This document shows, piece after piece, positions 40,146-50,476 of a stretch of DNA of 64,000 nucleotides. Under the pieces are notes generated by a model, which made no database searches, was not told the DNA's origin, and saw nothing but the letters and a program-made list of their open reading frames with translations. Position 1 is the stretch's first letter. Every line of letters begins with the position of its first letter. Source of the stretch: Candidatus Magasanikiibacteriota bacterium (GTDB lineage Bacteria > Patescibacteriota > Patescibacteriia > Magasanikbacterales > UBA922); the NCBI GenBank assembly GCA_018651085.1, contig JABIEQ010000014.1, forward strand, positions 15,178 through 79,177, written 5' to 3'. The position numbers and the translations under genes were made by a program.

Positions 40146-41716
40146 AGATTTTACATATTGCCGCAGAAGTATCTCCCTTTGTCTCTGTGGGAGGGTTATC
40201 ACAAGTGATGTATTTTTTGCCGTCTGCATTAATAAAAAAAGGCCATGACGCAAGGGTATTCACCCCAAAATATGGAACAAGCAAAATAAAAAAAAGATGG
40301 AAGAAAAAAAAACAAATAGCAATACATGTTCCAATAGGAGATAATGCTGAAACAAAAAAAGCTAAACGAGGAGAAACCATACCATGTGAAGTCTCTTTTT
40401 ATATACCAGAAACAAAAGAACCACCAGTATATTTTATAGAAAATAGAGAATATTACACTTTAAGAGAAAATGTCTTCGGCTACGCAGATGATCACACCAG
40501 ATTTGCTCTTTTATCTAAAGGAGCTCTTGAATGGATGCTCGAAGAATCTAAAAAAGAAAATGGATGGATACCAGACATTATTCATTGCCATGATTGGCAC
40601 ACGGGGTATTTTGTTGAGCTTGCTAAAAGGGATAAAAAATACAAGGATCTTCTTTTAGATATACCTATTGTGTTTACAATACATAACTTTAAATACCAAG
40701 GAAACGGATCCTTTAAATATGTACAAAAAGAAGATAAAGATAGTGGCAAAACAACTCTTGCACCCCTTGGAACACAGACACTAAAAAAACAAAATGCTCT
40801 TAAACGAGGTCTTATTTATGCTGATGCTATTAATACGGTAAGCCAAGCACATGCGCTTGAAGTACTCACTCCAGAATACGCAGAAGGATTAGAAGATACT
40901 TTAGAAAAAGTAAAAGGAAAATTTATTGGCATATTAAATGGTCTTGATACAAAAACCTTCAATCCCAAAAAAGATCTCCGCATTAAAAAAAGATTTACCC
41001 ATAAAAATTTCAAAGAAGCCAGACGAGAAAATAAAAAGGATCTTCAAAAAGTATTTCATCTTCCTATTGATGCAAGTAAACCACTCATTGCGTACTCTGG
41101 AAGACTTGCCCAACAAAAAGGATGGGATATTCTTCTTGAAACACTTCCACAGGTATTAAAACATACCCCAAACACACAACTTATTGTTCTTGGTGGGGGA
41201 GACGAAAAATACAGACATGGATTACAGCAATTACAACGGGAATACCCAAAACGAGTAGGTCTTCATCTCATGCCAGATTTTGAACTTCCACGAAAAATAT
41301 TTGCAGGAGCAGATATGCTTCTGTTACCAAGTATTTTTGAACCTGGTGGCATAGTAGCACTTGAAGCGCTTAGATACGGCGCAGTGCCACTCGTGCGTCA
41401 TACGGGAGGACTTGGAGACATCATTGATCACTTTGATCCTGAGACAAAAAGAGGAAATGGATTTTCTTTTGTAGAAAAGGATCCTTGGGCACTCTATGGT
41501 ATTATAATAGAAGCGATTACTCTATATAATCAAAAAAACCTGTGGAACTCTCTTGTAAAAAATTGCTTGCGATGTGACTTTTCTTGGGAAAACGTTGCTG
41601 GGATTTATGACATTTGGTACAAACAAATCCTTCAAACAGATAATACAACAAGAAAAAGAAAAGGACCTCTGTATAGTATTCAAAAAATTACAAACATGCT
41701 TGCAAATAAAACATAG
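40142..41716 (+). CDS. glgA: glycogen/starch synthase (GT5)
   Basis: N-terminal MKILHIAAEVSPFVSVGGLSQV, equivalent to the KTGGL ADP-glucose binding motif, and a C-terminal GT-B domain. Confidence 0.8.
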   Translation: MKILHIAAEVSPFVSVGGLSQVMYFLPSALIKKGHDARVFTPKYGTSKIKKRWKKKKQIAIHVPIGDNAETKKAKRGETIPCEVSFYIPETKEPPVYFIENREYYTLRENVFGYADDHTRFALLSKGALEWMLEESKKENGWIPDIIHCHDWHTGYFVELAKRDKKYKDLLLDIPIVFTIHNFKYQGNGSFKYVQKEDKDSGKTTLAPLGTQTLKKQNALKRGLIYADAINTVSQAHALEVLTPEYAEGLEDTLEKVKGKFIGILNGLDTKTFNPKKDLRIKKRFTHKNFKEARRENKKDLQKVFHLPIDASKPLIAYSGRLAQQKGWDILLETLPQVLKHTPNTQLIVLGGGDEKYRHGLQQLQREYPKRVGLHLMPDFELPRKIFAGADMLLLPSIFEPGGIVALEALRYGAVPLVRHTGGLGDIIDHFDPETKRGNGFSFVEKDPWALYGIIIEAITLYNQKNLWNSLVKNCLRCDFSWENVAGIYDIWYKQILQTDNTTRKRKGPLYSIQKITNMLANKT

Positions 41717-41721
41717 TCTTT

Positions 41722-43401
41722 ATGACAAAAAAACAAGAAAACCTTGAATGGTTCGATACTTTTTACCAAAATAATGCCTATAGTGGTTTACAAGAAAGGC
41801 CTATTGCTTATTTTTGTGCAGAGTATGGAATTTCACAAAAAATGCCAATTTATGCTGGTGGTCTTGGTATTTTAGCAGGGGATGTTATGAAAGAAGCCGG
41901 AGACAGAAAGATTCCCATGGTTGGAATTGGTCTATACTACTACGAAGGGTATGTATGTAATACAAGTGAGATGAGTAATACCTGTAGTACGAAAGATCCA
42001 GAAAGTGTCGGCCTTAAAGCAGTATTAAACGATAAACAAGAACCATTAAAGATTTCTATTCCATTTTGTGATGCAACCCTTACAATAAAAGCCTGGGAAT
42101 GGAAATGTGGAGATAATAGTGTCTATTTTTTAGATACTAATGTAGACGAAAATAGTAAAAAAGACAGACAAATAACGAATAGACTCTACACAAGTGACAA
42201 AGAAATGCGACTAAAACAAGAAATTGTTCTCGGTATTGGGGGATTAAGACTCCTTGAAACTCTTGGTATTCACCCTTCAGTCTACCACTTGAATGAAGGA
42301 CACTCTGCTTTTTTAATGTTCGAACTTATCCATCACGAGATGAAAGAACGAAAAATATCTTTTGATCAAGCAAAGCAATATGCCAAAAGACGAGCTGTCT
42401 TTACAAATCACACCCTCGTTGCAGCTGGAAACGAAGTCTATAGTAATGACTTAGTCACATTATTATTAAGTGCGTACGCTGCTGAAATTGGGGTTCCCAC
42501 AAAAGAGCTTGTAGAACTTGGACTTGTGCAAGAATCATCAACTTTCTCTATGACCATGCTCCCATTACGCATGGCGGGTATTATTAATGCTGTAAGTAAG
42601 CTTCATGCCATTAAAGCAAAAGATATTTGGACAAGTCATCCAATGATTGGCATAACAAACGGGATCCATATTCCATCATGGGATCACATTAAAAAAGATA
42701 CCGACACAAAAGGGGGGCTTTTTGCAATTCACCAAGAGAAGAAGAAAGAACTACTTGCTTACATTAAAGAAAAAACCGGCGAAGAATGGAATGAAAATCA
42801 TCTTCTTGTCGGATGGGCAAGAAGATTTGTGCAATATAAAAGACCTATGGCTCTTTTAGAAGATCCAGAAGGATTTAAACGAATGGCAGAAAATAAAGAT
42901 AAGCCAGTTCGTGTCGTATATGCTGGAAGACCTCATCCAGACGATGTAAAAGGAAACGAAATGAGAGACAAACTAAAAGAACTTATTGCGGGGCCACTAA
43001 AAGGACTTGTCGTCTACCTTCCTAATTACGATATCGACGTTGCCCAAAAACTTATATCAGGATGCGATCTATGGATTAATACACCCATTGTTGGGTTTGA
43101 AGCATGTGGAACAAGTGGCATGAAAGCAGCCTTAAATGGAGTACTTCCATGGAGTACAAAAGATGGATGGATAGCAGAAGTAGAACTTGCTCAGGTAGGA
43201 TGGGAAATAAGTGACACCAATATCACAAAAAACATCCTTGAAACATGCCAAAATACCATTGTGCCACTCTATTACGAAAGAAATGAACACAATGTACCTG
43301 TAACATGGGAAAACTATATGAAAAATGCACGAGAAAAAATTCTAGGAGACTTTAGCGCCACAAGAATGATCAAAGAATATATAGAGATGCTTTATAGTTA
43401 A
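41722..43401 (+). CDS. glgP: alpha-glucan phosphorylase (GT35, short form)
   Basis: YAGGLGILAGD motif and the pyridoxal-phosphate lysine region EACGTSGMKAALNG. Confidence 0.8.
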   Translation: MTKKQENLEWFDTFYQNNAYSGLQERPIAYFCAEYGISQKMPIYAGGLGILAGDVMKEAGDRKIPMVGIGLYYYEGYVCNTSEMSNTCSTKDPESVGLKAVLNDKQEPLKISIPFCDATLTIKAWEWKCGDNSVYFLDTNVDENSKKDRQITNRLYTSDKEMRLKQEIVLGIGGLRLLETLGIHPSVYHLNEGHSAFLMFELIHHEMKERKISFDQAKQYAKRRAVFTNHTLVAAGNEVYSNDLVTLLLSAYAAEIGVPTKELVELGLVQESSTFSMTMLPLRMAGIINAVSKLHAIKAKDIWTSHPMIGITNGIHIPSWDHIKKDTDTKGGLFAIHQEKKKELLAYIKEKTGEEWNENHLLVGWARRFVQYKRPMALLEDPEGFKRMAENKDKPVRVVYAGRPHPDDVKGNEMRDKLKELIAGPLKGLVVYLPNYDIDVAQKLISGCDLWINTPIVGFEACGTSGMKAALNGVLPWSTKDGWIAEVELAQVGWEISDTNITKNILETCQNTIVPLYYERNEHNVPVTWENYMKNAREKILGDFSATRMIKEYIEMLYS

Positions 43402-43463
43402 AAAGGTTTACATTGAGGTAAAAAAAGAGTATACTTTTCCCAGAAACAACCAATAAAATATCT

Positions 43464-45290
43464 ATGAAAAAACTAGGAAAAAGAAAAAATATCATCATCA
43501 TTATTTCAGTAATTATTGTTATTCTTATTATTGCCCTTATCGTAGGAAAAGGGGAAGAAATCAAAGAATATTCAAGCATCGACGTTGAACGAAGTGATCT
43601 TATTCAATCAGTAAATGAAACGGGTTCAGTTACTGCTGAGACAGACATCCGTTATGGATGGGAAGTATCAGGAAGAATCGTAGATATTAAAAAGAAAGCT
43701 GGAGATGAGGTAAAAAAAGGTGACATTGTTGCATTTCTTGCTGGAGGAAAACAACAAGCTCGTTTAAATGAAGCCTTTGCAGCATATCGTTCAGCTCAAG
43801 CAAAATTAAATTTAGAAATTACAGGCGTGAGCAATGAAGAGAAAAGAAAAGCCGAAGCATCAGTAACCCAAGCAGAAGCAGGGTTAACTCAAGCAAGAGC
43901 ACAAAAAGAGAAAACCGTAGCAAAAGTACAACTTGATATTGATAATGCGCAAAAAGCATTAGAAGATGCTAAAAATGATCTACAACTCGTTGAAGGAGGA
44001 TTAAACAGTCAGCTGGTAAAAAATAGTTACAACGACCTTTTAAACACACTCAAATCAGCTATCAACAAACTCGATGAAACACTCACTGAGTCAGACAATA
44101 TTTTAGGCGTTGATAATATTTTTGCAAATGATGAGTTTCAAAATGTATTAGGTATTGAAAGCGGAGGAAGTTTACAAACAGCGATAAGCTCTTATAACAC
44201 TGCCAAATTAATAAAACAGACCGCTGACAGTAACGTCATTCAATTAACAGAAGACACTCCTCAAAGTGATATTGATAGCGCTGCTATTGTTGTACAAAGT
44301 GCTCTTACAACCATGCAAACTCATCTATTTAATACACAACAAGTTTTAAATGGGACAATCCCTGTAGGGAACCTCTCTCAAAGCGAATTAGAAACATTAC
44401 AAGCAAACATCACAACAGCAAGAACAACCATTAACACCTCTCAAACAAATACCACAGGAGACATTCAAGCCGTACAAAATGCTAAAAATTCATTGTTTTC
44501 ATTTGAAATAGCATATACAAAAGCAGAGTTAACATTAGAAAACACCATAAGACAAGGAGATGCCGATAAAATTATTGCGGATGCAACGATTCAAACAGAA
44601 GAAGCAAAATTAGCGCAAGCACAAGCATCATATGATCTTCTTATTGCACCACCAAGAAATGTAGATATTGCATCACTTCAAGCAGATGTAAATCGCCAAG
44701 GAGCAAATGTTCAAGCGCTTCAAGACGATGTAAACAAAACAAAACTCATAGCCCTTGCTGACGGAATTATTGCAAATCTTAATATTGAAGTTGGAGAAAA
44801 TGTTACAGCAAATCAAGAAGTGATAACACTTATTTCTTCACAACTTACAATAGAAGTTGATGTATCAGAATCAGATATTGCAAAAGTATCTATTGGTGAT
44901 AATGTTAACATTACACTTGACGCCTTTGGTGACGACACAATCTTTAATGGAAGTGTTGTATCAGTTGAACCGGGAGAAACAGAAATATCAGGAGTAATCT
45001 ACTATAAAACAGACATTGTTCTTGAAGAAATAACAGAGGTAGATGTTCGATCAGGAATGACCGCAAACATCGATATCATCACAAACATGAAGGAACAGGC
45101 ACTTACAGTTCCACAACGAGCAATCATCAAAAAAGATGGTAAACAAATCGTGAGAATACTTACCAATGAAAAAACAGGTGAATTTTTTGAACGAGAAGTA
45201 GTAAGCGGCATTCGAGGAGATGCAGGACAAACTGAAATCATTTCAGGTATTGAAGAAGGAGAAAAAATCATTACATTCATCAAAGAATAA
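43464..45290 (+). CDS. efflux pump periplasmic adaptor (HlyD/MacA family) with a long coiled-coil
   Basis: N-terminal TM anchor, a beta-barrel/lipoyl-like segment and a roughly 300-aa coiled-coil. It precedes the ABC ATPase and permeases. Confidence 0.7.
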   Translation: MKKLGKRKNIIIIISVIIVILIIALIVGKGEEIKEYSSIDVERSDLIQSVNETGSVTAETDIRYGWEVSGRIVDIKKKAGDEVKKGDIVAFLAGGKQQARLNEAFAAYRSAQAKLNLEITGVSNEEKRKAEASVTQAEAGLTQARAQKEKTVAKVQLDIDNAQKALEDAKNDLQLVEGGLNSQLVKNSYNDLLNTLKSAINKLDETLTESDNILGVDNIFANDEFQNVLGIESGGSLQTAISSYNTAKLIKQTADSNVIQLTEDTPQSDIDSAAIVVQSALTTMQTHLFNTQQVLNGTIPVGNLSQSELETLQANITTARTTINTSQTNTTGDIQAVQNAKNSLFSFEIAYTKAELTLENTIRQGDADKIIADATIQTEEAKLAQAQASYDLLIAPPRNVDIASLQADVNRQGANVQALQDDVNKTKLIALADGIIANLNIEVGENVTANQEVITLISSQLTIEVDVSESDIAKVSIGDNVNITLDAFGDDTIFNGSVVSVEPGETEISGVIYYKTDIVLEEITEVDVRSGMTANIDIITNMKEQALTVPQRAIIKKDGKQIVRILTNEKTGEFFEREVVSGIRGDAGQTEIISGIEEGEKIITFIKE

Positions 45291-45292
45291 CT

Positions 45293-46009
45293 ATGGGGCA
45301 CCTTATAGATATTCAAGGAATAAAAAAGGTCTATACTAATGAGGAAGTGATTACAAAAGTACTCCACGGTATTTCATGTACCATTGATAAAGGAGAATTT
45401 ATTGGAATCATGGGACCAAGTGGATCAGGAAAATCAACACTGATGCATATTTTAAGTTTTCTTGATACGGCAACCGAAGGGACATATTTATTTGATGGTC
45501 AGGATGTATCAAACCTTACTGCTGACGAACTTGCTAAAAAAAGAAATGAAAATATTGGATTTGTATTTCAATCATTTAATCTACTTCCAAGAACAAGCGT
45601 TATAGACAATGTCGCATTACCTCTAATCTATAGTAAAGGAGGAATGGATATGAAAAAAGTAATGAAAGCCATTACCTCTGTCGGCTTAGCACATCGTGCT
45701 GAGAATCTATCAAATCAACTCTCAGGTGGAGAAAAACAACGGGTAGCCATAGCAAGAGCAATTGTAAATAATCCAGATATTGTTTTTGCGGATGAGCCAA
45801 CAGGAAACCTTGATTCTGTTTCAGGAAATCAAGTACTTAAAATTCTTCAAAATTTAAGTGATGAAGGAAGAACCATTATTATGGTCACTCACGAACAAGA
45901 TACAGCAGATCATGCCAAAAGAATCATTCGTATCAGAGATGGACAAATTGAAGACGACAAAAAAGTGCTTAAAAGAAGGTTCGCAAAAGAAGGAAGACTC
46001 AATAAATAA
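45293..46009 (+). CDS. ABC transporter ATP-binding protein (MacB/LolD-like)
   Basis: Walker [10 protein letters not shown], signature [14 protein letters not shown], Walker [13 protein letters not shown]. Confidence 0.85.
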   Translation: MGHLIDIQGIKKVYTNEEVITKVLHGISCTIDKGEFIGIMGPSGSGKSTLMHILSFLDTATEGTYLFDGQDVSNLTADELAKKRNENIGFVFQSFNLLPRTSVIDNVALPLIYSKGGMDMKKVMKAITSVGLAHRAENLSNQLSGGEKQRVAIARAIVNNPDIVFADEPTGNLDSVSGNQVLKILQNLSDEGRTIIMVTHEQDTADHAKRIIRIRDGQIEDDKKVLKRRFAKEGRLNK

Positions 46010-46012
46010 CCT

Positions 46013-47239
46013 ATGCGAGGGACTTACGCATGGAAAATGGCCTATAAAAACCTTCTCGTAAATAAAAGAAGGTCTTTTTTAACTATGCTTGGTATTATTA
46101 TAGGAATAATGTCTGTAGTACTCGTTATGTCAGTTGGAGCAGGAGCACAAAGCCTTATTTTAAACCAAATACAACAACGTGGAACTGATCAGATTGCTAT
46201 CCTTGCCGGAGCCTCAGAAGAAAATGGTCCACCAGCACAAGCACTTGGTATTGTCGTAACAACACTTACGTACGACGATGGGTTAGCCTTATTAAAAAAG
46301 AATAATGTAAAACACGTAGAAGCCGTTGCTGGATACTTATCAGGAAATGACGTATTGAGTTGGGAAAACCAAGAAGAATCTGTTAATTTCACAGGAACAA
46401 CAGCAAGCTATAAAGAAGTAGAAAAAATAGAAATGAAAACAGGACGATTCTTTACTGATGAAGAAGACACCTCAGGAATACGTGTTGTCGTACTCGGTTC
46501 AACCATTGCAGAGAATGTATTTGGAAATCAAAATCCAATAGGAGAATCTGTCAAAATTCAAAAAAAGAAATTTAAAGTAATTGGAGTCATGGAAGAAAAA
46601 GGCACAAGTGTCTTTGAAAACCCTGATGAAGCAGTACTTATTCCACTTACCGTAACTCAAAGAGATCTGTTAGGTGTAAGACATGTGTCTTTTTTACGAT
46701 TAAAAATAGAAGGGGAGTCATATATCAGTCAAACAGTGGAAGAAATTAAACAAACACTTATCGAACGACACGGTGAAGAAGACTTTTCCATACGAAACAT
46801 TGCGGATGCCCTTACTATTTTAGAAAATATTACAAACGCCCTACGCTTTTTCCTTGTTGCCATAGCAGGAGTTGCTCTTTTTGTTGGAGGCGTTGGTATT
46901 ATGAATATCATGCTTATTGCTGTAAAAGAAAAAACAAGAGAAATTGGCCTGAGAAAATCAGTTGGCGCAAAAAATAAAGATATACTAAATCAATTCCTTA
47001 TTGAAACATTTCTCATTACCTGTGTTGGAACGGTCGTTGGTATTTTAGGAGGAGTGATTATAGCTTTTTTTATAGCCTTAATTGTAAAATCCCAAGGATT
47101 TAACTATGACTTTGTTGTATCCCCAGTTACAATGATCGTATCATTTGTTCTTGCAGGAATAATCAGCATATTATTTGGTATTGTGCCTGCAAAAAAAGCC
47201 GCATCTCTTGATCCTATCACTGCTCTTCGATATGAATAA
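46013..47239 (+). CDS. ABC transporter permease, FtsX/MacB-type
   Basis: MacB-type topology: TM1, a large periplasmic domain and three C-terminal TM helices. Conserved ending KAASLDPITALRYE. Confidence 0.8.
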   Translation: MRGTYAWKMAYKNLLVNKRRSFLTMLGIIIGIMSVVLVMSVGAGAQSLILNQIQQRGTDQIAILAGASEENGPPAQALGIVVTTLTYDDGLALLKKNNVKHVEAVAGYLSGNDVLSWENQEESVNFTGTTASYKEVEKIEMKTGRFFTDEEDTSGIRVVVLGSTIAENVFGNQNPIGESVKIQKKKFKVIGVMEEKGTSVFENPDEAVLIPLTVTQRDLLGVRHVSFLRLKIEGESYISQTVEEIKQTLIERHGEEDFSIRNIADALTILENITNALRFFLVAIAGVALFVGGVGIMNIMLIAVKEKTREIGLRKSVGAKNKDILNQFLIETFLITCVGTVVGILGGVIIAFFIALIVKSQGFNYDFVVSPVTMIVSFVLAGIISILFGIVPAKKAASLDPITALRYE

Positions 47240-48476
47240 CATCAAACAAGCAATCAGTATTGCATTACAAAGCATGAAAAAAAACAAAATGAGAAGTCTC
47301 ATGACGGTCTTTGGCATTATGATTGGTATCGCTATGGTAGTCATAGTACTTTCAGCAGGAAACGGAATAAAAGGACTAATTCTAGAGGAGATTTCTTCAT
47401 TTGGTGATGATTGGATAAATGTAGAAATTAAAATACCTTCAACACAAAAAAATTCAACAGAAAATTCAAGTGCAATTGCAAGAGGAGTACAAATCACAAC
47501 ACTTACCGAGCAAGATCAAAAAGCGATAGAAGGGCTTGATAATATAAAAAATACTTATGCAGGTGTTACCACACAAGTCGTTATCTCGCATGATGGAGAA
47601 AAAAAACGACCAACCGTATTTGGCGTTTCAAATGGATATGCCGATATTGCAAAGGTAACACTCTCAGAAGGACGTTTCTATACAGAAGAAGACAAAAATG
47701 CACAAGTCGTTGTTCTAGGATCAGAAGTAAAAAAATCCTTATTTGGAGAAAATAAAGCAGTCGGGGAGGTGGTAAAAATAGAAGGAAAAAATTACAGAGT
47801 ATCAGGAGTAATGGAACCCATTGGTTCAACAGGGTTTGTAAACATGGATGAAATTATTTACATTCCACTTCGGACAACACAAAAACGCATCATGGGAATT
47901 GATCATGTATTATGGCTAATTGCTCAAACAAAAGATAACAGTAAAGCCGAAGCAACCGCCGAAGAAATGCGCTGGCTCATTCGGGATAGACATGGTATTA
48001 CGGATATTGATAAAGATGATTTTGCCGTAACAACCTTAGCTGAAGCAATTTCAATAGTAAATGTCATTATTACTGGGATTACTTGGTTACTCATAGGTCT
48101 TGCAGCCATATCGTTACTTGTTGGAGGCGTTGGTATTATGAACGTTATGTACGTTTCTGTTGCTGAAAGAACCTTTGAAATAGGACTAAGAAAATCAGTT
48201 GGCGCAACAAAACAAAATATCATGCAACAATTCCTGACAGAAGCAACGGTCATGACTCTTTTAGGTGGAATTATTGGCGTTTGTGTTGGTGGATTTATTT
48301 CTCTTATGATCAGCCTTATTGCAACTCAACTTGGATATGTATGGACATTTAAAATATCTATTCTTTCAATAATATTAAGTACAACATTTTCAGCACTTGT
48401 TGGAATAGGATTTGGATTGTACCCAGCAAGAAAAGCAGCGTCACTTGATCCAATTGTTGCTATTCGTCAAGAATAA
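47232..48476 (+). CDS. ABC transporter permease, FtsX/MacB-type (second copy)
   Basis: Same architecture, with the ending KAASLDPIVAIRQE. Start set at the ATG that overlaps the upstream stop. Confidence 0.8.
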   Translation: MNNIKQAISIALQSMKKNKMRSLMTVFGIMIGIAMVVIVLSAGNGIKGLILEEISSFGDDWINVEIKIPSTQKNSTENSSAIARGVQITTLTEQDQKAIEGLDNIKNTYAGVTTQVVISHDGEKKRPTVFGVSNGYADIAKVTLSEGRFYTEEDKNAQVVVLGSEVKKSLFGENKAVGEVVKIEGKNYRVSGVMEPIGSTGFVNMDEIIYIPLRTTQKRIMGIDHVLWLIAQTKDNSKAEATAEEMRWLIRDRHGITDIDKDDFAVTTLAEAISIVNVIITGITWLLIGLAAISLLVGGVGIMNVMYVSVAERTFEIGLRKSVGATKQNIMQQFLTEATVMTLLGGIIGVCVGGFISLMISLIATQLGYVWTFKISILSIILSTTFSALVGIGFGLYPARKAASLDPIVAIRQE

Positions 48477-48568
48477 TACTAGAGAAAAAGAAAAAAATAG
48501 GCTATACTTTATATACTATTATTAAATAGACATAGAAGATGCTTTTATGTCACTAATACAATAATTCT

Positions 48569-48991
48569 ATGGAGATGAACTATCTTGCAATCCTTGTTGC
48601 TGCGCTTGCAGCAATGGTCTTAGGGGCCCTTTGGTATGGTAAACCATTATTTGGAAGCATCTGGATGAAACTTGTTGGTATGACAGAAAAAGATGGAGAA
48701 GCCGCAAAAAAAAGCATGGGGAAATACATGCTTGTAGGATTCATTAGTCAATTAGTAATGGCTTATGTTCTTTCATGGTTCATCACTGCTGCAGGGCTCG
48801 TTATGGTTGACTCAAGTGCCCTTATGGTAGGACTTTCAACTGCATTCTGGCTATGGCTTGGATTCGTTGCAACAGTCACACTAGGAAGAGTATTATGGGA
48901 AAAAAGTTCATGTAAATTGTATGTATTAAATAATGCATATACACTTATTTCTCTTCTTATTATGGCAGCAATTCTTTCAAGTTGGAAATAA
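48569..48991 (+). CDS. DUF1761-like membrane protein
   Basis: 140 aa, 4 TM helices, N-terminus LAILVAALAAMVLGALWYG typical of DUF1761. Confidence 0.45.
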   Translation: MEMNYLAILVAALAAMVLGALWYGKPLFGSIWMKLVGMTEKDGEAAKKSMGKYMLVGFISQLVMAYVLSWFITAAGLVMVDSSALMVGLSTAFWLWLGFVATVTLGRVLWEKSSCKLYVLNNAYTLISLLIMAAILSSWK

Positions 48992-48995
48992 AAAA

Positions 48996-49030
48996 GACAT
49001 TACCAAAAAAAGCTACACATTGTAGCTTTT
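48996..49030. terminator. bidirectional terminator (aaaaaaagctacacattgtagctttttttt)
   Basis: Perfect hairpin with flanking A and T runs. Confidence 0.7.
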
Positions 49031-49083
49031 TTTTATTTGTATATCTTCATGATATACTCTTATACATAAACATAAAAAAATAT

Positions 49084-49578
49084 ATGGAACTTCATCCCAA
49101 ACAGAAAAAAGAACACGCATCACCAAAAGATTTTTTCTTACATCTTTTGATGATTATAACACTCTATGGAAGTGCTATTAGTATTATTATTATCGTATTT
49201 CAAATAATTAATATTTATCTCCCTGACACATTATATAATACAAATAATTACGGTGGTGTAGATAGATATAAAGATACCCTCCGAGGGGCACTTGCAACGC
49301 TTATTGTCATGTTCCCAGTATACATTGTAACAATGAAACATCTTAAAAAGATGTACATACAAATGCCAGGAAAACTTAATCTTACAATTAGAAAATGGCT
49401 CATCTACTTTACACTTTTTGTAGGAAGTATTATTACCATTATTGATCTCATTAGTATCTTAAATAATCTTCTAAGTGGAGAACTTACTGTTCGATTCACC
49501 CTCAAAGTGTTAACAGTACTCGTAGTTGTAGGAACAATTCTGTGGTATTATCTTCTTGAAATTAAAAAAAACAAGTAA
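49084..49578 (+). CDS. hypothetical membrane protein
   Basis: Start placed at the ATG after the terminator. 4 predicted TM helices. Confidence 0.4.
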   Translation: MELHPKQKKEHASPKDFFLHLLMIITLYGSAISIIIIVFQIINIYLPDTLYNTNNYGGVDRYKDTLRGALATLIVMFPVYIVTMKHLKKMYIQMPGKLNLTIRKWLIYFTLFVGSIITIIDLISILNNLLSGELTVRFTLKVLTVLVVVGTILWYYLLEIKKNK

Positions 49579-50041
49579 TATGAAAATGCTACCACACATC
49601 ACAATTGGAATTGTTGTGATACTTATTATTGTAAGTATTGTTGTAGTTGGATCTCCTCAGGAAGCAAGAAAAGTAAAATTCGATGAAAAACGAGTACAAG
49701 ACTTAGAATCTATGTACTTTGAAATAATAAATTCCTATAGTGACGAAGAAGAATTACCCAAAAATGTAGAAGAACTAACACAAATACGAAACATTCATGG
49801 ACAAAGAGCATTAATAGATCCAGAAACCGGAGAACCATACGAATATATCAAAACCGGAGAAAAAACATTTACTATATGTGCATCATTTACTACAAAAAAT
49901 AAGGAAAAGAACAAAGAACATGGGTATTCATTCTCTAGAAGAAATATTGAATGGATCCATGATACCGGACGGGTGTGCTTTGAAAAAAGTATAGATACTA
50001 ATAACGAAGGACCTCTTATAAAAAGAGAAACTCAAATATAA
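49556..50041 (+). CDS. hypothetical membrane-anchored protein
   Basis: N-terminal TM helix followed by a soluble domain. 161 aa. Confidence 0.4.
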   Translation: MKLKKTSNMKMLPHITIGIVVILIIVSIVVVGSPQEARKVKFDEKRVQDLESMYFEIINSYSDEEELPKNVEELTQIRNIHGQRALIDPETGEPYEYIKTGEKTFTICASFTTKNKEKNKEHGYSFSRRNIEWIHDTGRVCFEKSIDTNNEGPLIKRETQI

Positions 50042-50051
50042 CAACAAACAA

Positions 50052-50078
50052 AAAGACATCAGATAAACTGATGTCTTT
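50052..50078 (+). terminator. rho-independent terminator (aaagacatcag-ataaa-ctgatgtcttt)
   Basis: An 11-bp perfect stem followed by T-rich sequence. Confidence 0.65.
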
Positions 50079-50139
50079 TAGTATGAAGACGATGCAGCGT
50101 GTCGACACACTCCCTTTCGGGGATGGAATCTCCATCGTC

Positions 50140-50397
50140 TTAGCCGATCTTTTGCACCGACTGGCGACCTCCGTCAATGAGCTCAAAGGTACGCAAAGAC
50201 TCAACCGCCGACTCCAACTTTGCGACAGCTTCGCCGGGGCTATCACCCCTGTAGCGAGTCTTCGCACCGAGCGCTTGCAGAATCGCGGGGTGAGTCTTCT
50301 TCCGGTCAAACCGGCAGACCCAATCCGTATCATCATGCCTTATCTTGAGACCAAAATCTCTTCTGTGCACTAGAACCTCCTTAGGTGGATCCACCAC
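50140..50397 (-). CDS. small G+C-rich hypothetical protein, weakly HicB/UPF0150-like
   Basis: The 85-aa ORF is the most protein-like of three overlapping ORFs in a G+C-rich patch. The segment GDSPGEAVAKLESAVESL resembles the GdT-eEAl-n-reA helix of HicB-type antitoxins, but the preceding PGC motif is absent. Confidence 0.3.
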   Translation of the reverse strand: MVDPPKEVLVHRRDFGLKIRHDDTDWVCRFDRKKTHPAILQALGAKTRYRGDSPGEAVAKLESAVESLRTFELIDGGRQSVQKIG

Positions 50398-50476
50398 TCC
50401 CTGTGATAGAAACCTTATACACTATAAAGAGAAAAATTGTCTTTGTCAATGCTGTTTGCTACAATTGAGCCACCAT

